A stretch of 38,796 nucleotides of DNA, taken from a virus (taxonomy: Duplodnaviria; Caudoviricetes). Location: positions 1-38,796 of the IMG/VR virus record IMGVR_UViG_3300048851_000186. One strand, written 5' to 3'. The translations under genes and the position numbers were made by a program. Position 1 is the stretch's first letter. Each line of letters begins with the position of its first letter. Below the pieces are notes generated by a model. The model did no database searches. It saw nothing but the letters and a program-made list of their open reading frames with translations, and was not told the origin of the DNA. Shown here in pieces: positions 34,435 to 38,796 of the stretch.

Positions 34435-34923
34435 TCAGCATGCATGGCGCCACTCGCCATCCACGTCTTCAAACACAATGTGTTCGCCTGGAGCATCATC
34501 CATAGAGTCAATTGACTCCAGCAACTCCCTTACCGACCCTTGCTCTCGCGTATGCTCCTCAAAGAGCAGCCTGAGCAGCCGGTCAGCTGGACCGGTAAGT
34601 TTATTTGCATCTTTCTCATAGCGCGCAACCTGCTGGACGTTACAGCCAAAAAAGCGTGCCATTTCAGATTGAGTTAAGTCCATCTGATGTCGGAGAAAAC
34701 GGATCTCTTTCCCGGACAGTGCTTTCCGGTATTTTGTCAGATGGAGGCCAATCTGCTTGTGGAGATTTTCTAGGTTCCTTATGGTTAGGCCCGTACCGTA
34801 AGGAGTATCAATACGCTCGTAGCCGCTTGCTAGGTAGACGTCGTCCAGCCCGCAGCCAGTATACTTTATGATGTCTTTGTCCTGCTCTCCACGGTGTGTC
34901 CATATTGGGGTGTTGTTGTTCAT
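34435..34923 (-). CDS. XRE-HTH antitoxin (MqsA/HigA-like)
   Basis: YTGCGLDDVYL..GY; LSGKEIRFLRHQMDLTQSEMARFFG...QVARYEK; ATGA-coupled to the toxin. Confidence 0.85.
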   Translation of the reverse strand: MNNNTPIWTHRGEQDKDIIKYTGCGLDDVYLASGYERIDTPYGTGLTIRNLENLHKQIGLHLTKYRKALSGKEIRFLRHQMDLTQSEMARFFGCNVQQVARYEKDANKLTGPADRLLRLLFEEHTREQGSVRELLESIDSMDDAPGEHIVFEDVDGEWRHAC

Positions 34924-35258
34924 TTCAGGTCTTCCCACTCGACTGTTTTGATAAACAGCCTTCCGTTATTTAGGATAATGGTTACGACGCCAGCTTGGCG
35001 GCGACCGCGTATCTCCTTGACGACCTTACATTTCCATTCGCCATATTCAGTCCTCTCCGGTTTTTCTGGTACGAAACCAGTTCGTAGGATATCCAAGACT
35101 TGGACGTCGGGTATGCCCCGCTCATCCATCCTCTCAAGCGCGTGCTCTCCAAAGAGTACGTTGCCGGAGTCTTTGGCCGCGGTGTGTATCCTGTCTTCGG
35201 CGACCCGAGGGGTCAGGCGGAATTCAGCAACTGATTTGATCGGGTCGTATGGTTTCAT
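34920..35258 (-). CDS. DUF4258 family putative RNase toxin
   Basis: FGEHALERMDERGI...V..IL..G...KTVEW; toxin-first order; start at 35258 or 35270. Confidence 0.82.
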   Translation of the reverse strand: MKPYDPIKSVAEFRLTPRVAEDRIHTAAKDSGNVLFGEHALERMDERGIPDVQVLDILRTGFVPEKPERTEYGEWKCKVVKEIRGRRQAGVVTIILNNGRLFIKTVEWEDLK

Positions 35259-35261
35259 AAC

Positions 35262-35302
35262 ACCTATCATAGTGATAGGTTCCTTCCTGTCAATATGATA
35301 GG
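35262..35302. promoter_or_regulatory. Twin palindromic operators of the TA operon
   Basis: ACCTATCA-TAG-TGATAGGT (35262-35280) and CCTGTCA-ATA-TGATAGG (35286-35302). Confidence 0.78.
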
Positions 35303-35387
35303 TGGAAGTTAAGAAACAACTTACAAAATGTTAATGATTCGTTACGCAGAAGCCACTTGCTACGCTCTCGGGCTTGCCGGTATTCAC

Positions 35388-35642
35388 CTACTGGACTTCT
35401 GCCAGCGGAAAGCTCCGTCCAATCGAAACGAGATACTCGGTGATCTCCTCAAGAAGGTGGTCGCGTTTTCCGTAGCGTTCGGTAATCTCAGATAGCTTTG
35501 GCATCACTTCCTCAAATTCTTCGTCGGGAAGGTCGGCGTCGCCGATCAAGTAGCCCACGCCGGCGATCGCTGTAATGTTGCAGCCGGTGGCGGCCACCTC
35601 TTCGACGAACGCGGGAATGTCCTCAGGTCTCATTTTGTGCAT
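35388..35642 (-). CDS. Hypothetical protein
   Basis: AGGGAG RBS before MHKMRPEDIPAFV; acidic, 84 aa. Confidence 0.75.
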   Translation of the reverse strand: MHKMRPEDIPAFVEEVAATGCNITAIAGVGYLIGDADLPDEEFEEVMPKLSEITERYGKRDHLLEEITEYLVSIGRSFPLAEVQ

Positions 35643-36012
35643 CGTGATCTCCCTTTCGCGGCGAACCATAGCGGTGAAGGGCAGTACGATCGACTAGCAG
35701 ATCTGCTAGTTCGCTTGTGGCTGATGGCCCGCGAATTTATGGATGCATCCCATCTCAGCAGCCCAGAAGGGCATCACGCTCATTAGTCTCATGGCGACAG
35801 ACCCTGAGCGTAATGGGGAGAGCTGCGGACCCCAGTGCTAGATCGGGCGGTGTGAACGCTGAACAGAGGTATGTCGGCGTCGTTGCCTTACGCCGGGCGT
35901 CCTACATGATCTCACTCCCAAAAAGAGAACTCATCGCGGCAAACTCCGACAGGCTGTTCGTTACCGAGGCGGAATGCACAGGCAGGCGCAGGGCCGTGTA
36001 TTTGAGGACAAC

Positions 36013-36696
36013 CTAGTTCCCGAAACATGCAGCTGCCACGTAGAAATCAATGCCGTAGTGAGTTGGCGAGACCGTTAGGCCATTTGGGTTGGAGTTAGGC
36101 TCAGCTTTAAGAATGCCTAACCTATCAAGGTTGTCGAGAGCCAGGCGGAAACGGCTCTCCGGTATGCCGGCTCTTTGCGCTAGAGCGTTCATTTCATCCT
36201 GACTCGACAGATTAGCCCAAGAGAACCCAAAATTGGGATCTTTGCTCTTGAAGGTTTCGCCAAAAAGTATCGTGAAAAGCAAAGCCTCTTGAGGGGAAAA
36301 GCTCTTCATAGTCTCGATGTGGATATTAGTTAGGTCGAAGTCTGTGCTGGGACTCGAGGCTGCGGCGAGGAGCCTTGCCCATAGATCCTTGAGAAAGTCG
36401 CTATCCTCAAGCGAGGCTGCTTCCAGCGCGGGAAGCAAAATTTTCGGAGCAATGGGTTTCGTTTGAACGACATCGGAAAGTAGTGCCTGGTAATGCATTA
36501 CTTCCTGCTCTAATTTCAAAATGTTCATAAGACGCCAGGCACGTAGCTTATCGCCGCCAAAGTATCCGACAAGATCTGATGGCACGTTTCCAAAAACGTT
36601 ACTCAGCCATCCGCCGACACCCATGACAAGTGCCGTCCCATCTGGTGTGAGCTTTTCGACTGCTGTAGTGACTGGGTCTTTGGGGAACTCTGGCAT
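36013..36696 (-). CDS. Abi-alpha (DUF4393) family protein
   Basis: PIAPKILLPALEAASLEDSDFLKDLWARLLAAA, I..MKSFSPQEALL, LALDNLDRLGIL, PTHYGIDF..AC. Confidence 0.82.
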   Translation of the reverse strand: MPEFPKDPVTTAVEKLTPDGTALVMGVGGWLSNVFGNVPSDLVGYFGGDKLRAWRLMNILKLEQEVMHYQALLSDVVQTKPIAPKILLPALEAASLEDSDFLKDLWARLLAAASSPSTDFDLTNIHIETMKSFSPQEALLFTILFGETFKSKDPNFGFSWANLSSQDEMNALAQRAGIPESRFRLALDNLDRLGILKAEPNSNPNGLTVSPTHYGIDFYVAAACFGN

Positions 36697-36797
36697 CCGG
36701 CACCTCTCTCATCGAAGGCGTGACTATAACCGTCTTAACTGAACAGCCTCTTATCAGGTGCCCATTACCGCCATACAGGTTCATCACGACTACTGCA

Positions 36798-37412
36798 TCA
36801 AACGAACAGTGCGTGAGACAACGTCGACAGGTTGTATGCTAGGGCGTTGGTGAGGTTACCGTCAAAACCTATATCGCCGTAGGTGACACCTACCAGCCTA
36901 CCGTCGGAGAGAACAGGACCGCCTGAGAAGCCGACTTCGCTCGGGACTGACAGCTTTATACTGTTACCTTGGACCAACTGAATAATGCCGTTGGCCTGTC
37001 GCACAGGAATGGCGACGAACTCCATTCCAGGGAATCCTTCCATTACAACATGCATCCCTGCGGCAGGCCGCACTATAGTGTCGCCGTCGTAAGAGCCGTA
37101 TGCCGACAGCGTCATTGCTTCGACAGCGTCAAGGGGTACGGAAATCAAGTCTAAGAGTTCTCCGCTCGAAGCGATTTCTAGCGCAATAAACCTCTTCTGC
37201 TGATTTCGCATCAAAGGGATTCGCACTGTTGAGCCTACGACAACGAGTTCCCCGTTGAAGAGGTGAAGAGCGTTTACCGGAGTTTTCGCTACGCCTGTTA
37301 CGGTGTGGGCGCACGTGAGTAGCCAGTATCGTTTGCCGACCCGCACCATGAATCCGGATGCGGCCATCATTGAGTTATTCCTCGGATAATGGAGGGGAAT
37401 AGGCGACGGCAT
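36798..37412 (-). CDS. Trypsin-like (S1) serine protease, no signal peptide
   Basis: SGF, LLTCAH (His), LDLI (Asp), GFP, GFSGGPV (Ser), LVGV. Confidence 0.88.
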   Translation of the reverse strand: MPSPIPLHYPRNNSMMAASGFMVRVGKRYWLLTCAHTVTGVAKTPVNALHLFNGELVVVGSTVRIPLMRNQQKRFIALEIASSGELLDLISVPLDAVEAMTLSAYGSYDGDTIVRPAAGMHVVMEGFPGMEFVAIPVRQANGIIQLVQGNSIKLSVPSEVGFSGGPVLSDGRLVGVTYGDIGFDGNLTNALAYNLSTLSHALFV

Positions 37413-37715
37413 AAGCTGACCTTCTTTTGTTGTCTGGAGCAACGAGAGTGCTCGAAAACGAGTTATCGCACAACTGCAATAGGAAGCTGCAGCTTATCGC
37501 TCATTCAGGCGTTTCGGCCTGACGGACGCAAGGCAGGCGCCGGATCTCCGTCTTCGAGTGGGGGAACGTAGTGCACAACAAATCAAATCAACGGCCGTGG
37601 CGAGCCGGGCGTAGCCGATCGCTCTCTCGCTTTGCAAGAACCTGAAGCGGTCTATAGAACGTGTTGACGTGACGGCTAGGAGTTGCAACATGCCCCGGTA
37701 ATAATCGGAAATCTC

Positions 37716-38009
37716 ATGGCGAAGCTATATGTGAACGAAGACCTGTATGTCGATGATGAGCAGCTCATGAAGCGGCTGAATTTCCCACAGGGCAATGCTG
37801 ATTTTCTAGTATCTTACGAGGATAAGAAAAACTTTCCGAGACGTGAGGCCGCGTTCGCCAACAAACGGTATTGGCCCGCGGTTGTGGCATGGTTCGATTT
37901 TCAGTTCGGGCTAGCAGAGCGAGGACCATCCTTCGTCGCCGAGGACGTCGAGCCTTATCTGCTCTACCCTTCAAAGAAGAAGCGGAGGAAGAGCCGATGG
38001 GGCGAATGA
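37716..38009 (+). CDS. Excisionase-like winged-HTH protein, copy 1
   Basis: LYVDDEQL...FP......KRYWPAVVAWFDFQFGL. Confidence 0.7.
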   Translation: MAKLYVNEDLYVDDEQLMKRLNFPQGNADFLVSYEDKKNFPRREAAFANKRYWPAVVAWFDFQFGLAERGPSFVAEDVEPYLLYPSKKKRRKSRWGE

Positions 38010-38278
38010 ACGTCGATCCTTTGGACGCTAGGTTCATGACGGAAGCCGAGATTGCGAGGGAACTCGGGGTCACGACGGCGGAGTTCAAGGCTGCACTGCC
38101 GGAGCTCACAGACGAAGGCCTTCCTGTGCCGGATGTACGGTTTTTCAATCGACGCTATTGGCCGGAAGTAAAGCTATTTCTGGACTGGCGGTACGGCTTA
38201 GCCAAGGACAACAGGTTGGACGTGAACCTGGCCTTGAGGCGACGGAGGCGCAACGGCGGCGAGGGTGAAGCTGACTAA
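37997..38278 (+). CDS. Excisionase-like winged-HTH protein, copy 2
   Basis: FMTEAEIARELGV...GLP.PD..F.RRYWPEVKLFLDWRYGL; GGAGG RBS. Confidence 0.72.
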   Translation: MGRMNVDPLDARFMTEAEIARELGVTTAEFKAALPELTDEGLPVPDVRFFNRRYWPEVKLFLDWRYGLAKDNRLDVNLALRRRRRNGGEGEAD

Positions 38279-38796
38279 CGCTGCTTCTCGTCGGCATAGC
38301 TTAGGCGCTGACGGTTCCGTTCGGCCACCCACTCCGCTGGCATCGGAACGCGCTTCTGGTCCATACGCATGTAAGGGGCGAAGATCCCGCCTCCGCTTTC
38401 GTAAAACCTCCCAAGCTCTTTCATGAGGCTGCGATGCACCTCGCTGAACTGTGGGCCGGCTTTCCCTTCCCGTGGGCACTGGGCCCCATACTCGACGCAC
38501 ATCACAAATAGCCTCCGGATGTAGCTCGGCACCTCGGGACCGAAGAGGAAGGTAGCTTCGTCCTCAGCCTCCAACAGAAGCCGATCAGTTTGTTCGGTGA
38601 CTTGCCCGCTCGTCATTATCTTACTGACGGCATGCCTCAACTTTGAGTAGACCGCCAGTCTCCGATCAAAGAGATCGAGCACAACCTTCTGGTGAGCGGT
38701 GCGCCACTGCATGAAGCCGATAATACCGACGGCCGTCGCGATCACCGGGGTAAGCAACGCTTGTAAAATCTGGATCCAGTAGGGAATAGCAGTCAT
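38275..38796 (-). CDS. Hypothetical N-terminally membrane-anchored protein
   Basis: TM segment followed by QWRTAHQKVVLDLFDRRLAVY and A.FLFGPEV. Confidence 0.8.
   Translation of the reverse strand: MTAIPYWIQILQALLTPVIATAVGIIGFMQWRTAHQKVVLDLFDRRLAVYSKLRHAVSKIMTSGQVTEQTDRLLLEAEDEATFLFGPEVPSYIRRLFVMCVEYGAQCPREGKAGPQFSEVHRSLMKELGRFYESGGGIFAPYMRMDQKRVPMPAEWVAERNRQRLSYADEKQR

Larger units (their letters stand above)
1..38796. mobile_element. Temperate siphovirus prophage (lambdoid/HK97-like); boundaries not seen
   Basis: Ordered immunity, replication, packaging, head, tail and lysis modules with tightly coupled genes. No integrase or att in the window. The region after ~34100 may be accessory DNA or a neighbouring element. 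Confidence 0.95.

Noticed and set aside
35717-36016. 99-aa + ORF
   Set aside because: No RBS or motif; probably intergenic or decayed DNA.

Overview
Near-complete temperate siphophage prophage (lambdoid organisation, HK97-type head, long non-contractile tail) of a GC-rich alphaproteobacterium, most likely Rhizobiaceae judging from the protein families and a LexA box. Left to right: a leftward early operon of small coupled ORFs; a divergent pair of Arc/Mnt-like repressors with 5 TGCGTCAT boxes; TerB; a LexA-boxed Zn-ribbon gene; a CI(S24)/Cro switch with CGGT-N6-ACCG operators; DnaB plus an initiator with iterons; a late regulator; BA14K; a ~410-nt densely base-paired non-coding segment abutting a tRNA-Thr(TGT); HNH, cos region and terminase; a protease-capsid fusion upstream of the portal; neck and tail genes with an SGNH tailspike; a lysis cassette; and a right-arm accessory island (receiver domain, DUF4258/HTH toxin-antitoxin, trypsin-like protease plus Abi-alpha, tandem excisionase-like HTH genes). 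No integrase or att repeat is visible; the integrase probably lies just left of position 1. The best novelty candidates are the large structured, tRNA-linked ncRNA (GOLLD/ROOL-like context), the protease plus Abi-alpha pair, the SOS-controlled Zn-ribbon gene facing cI, and several small antisense membrane-peptide morons missing from the ORF track. All family calls come from motif recognition; no searches were run.
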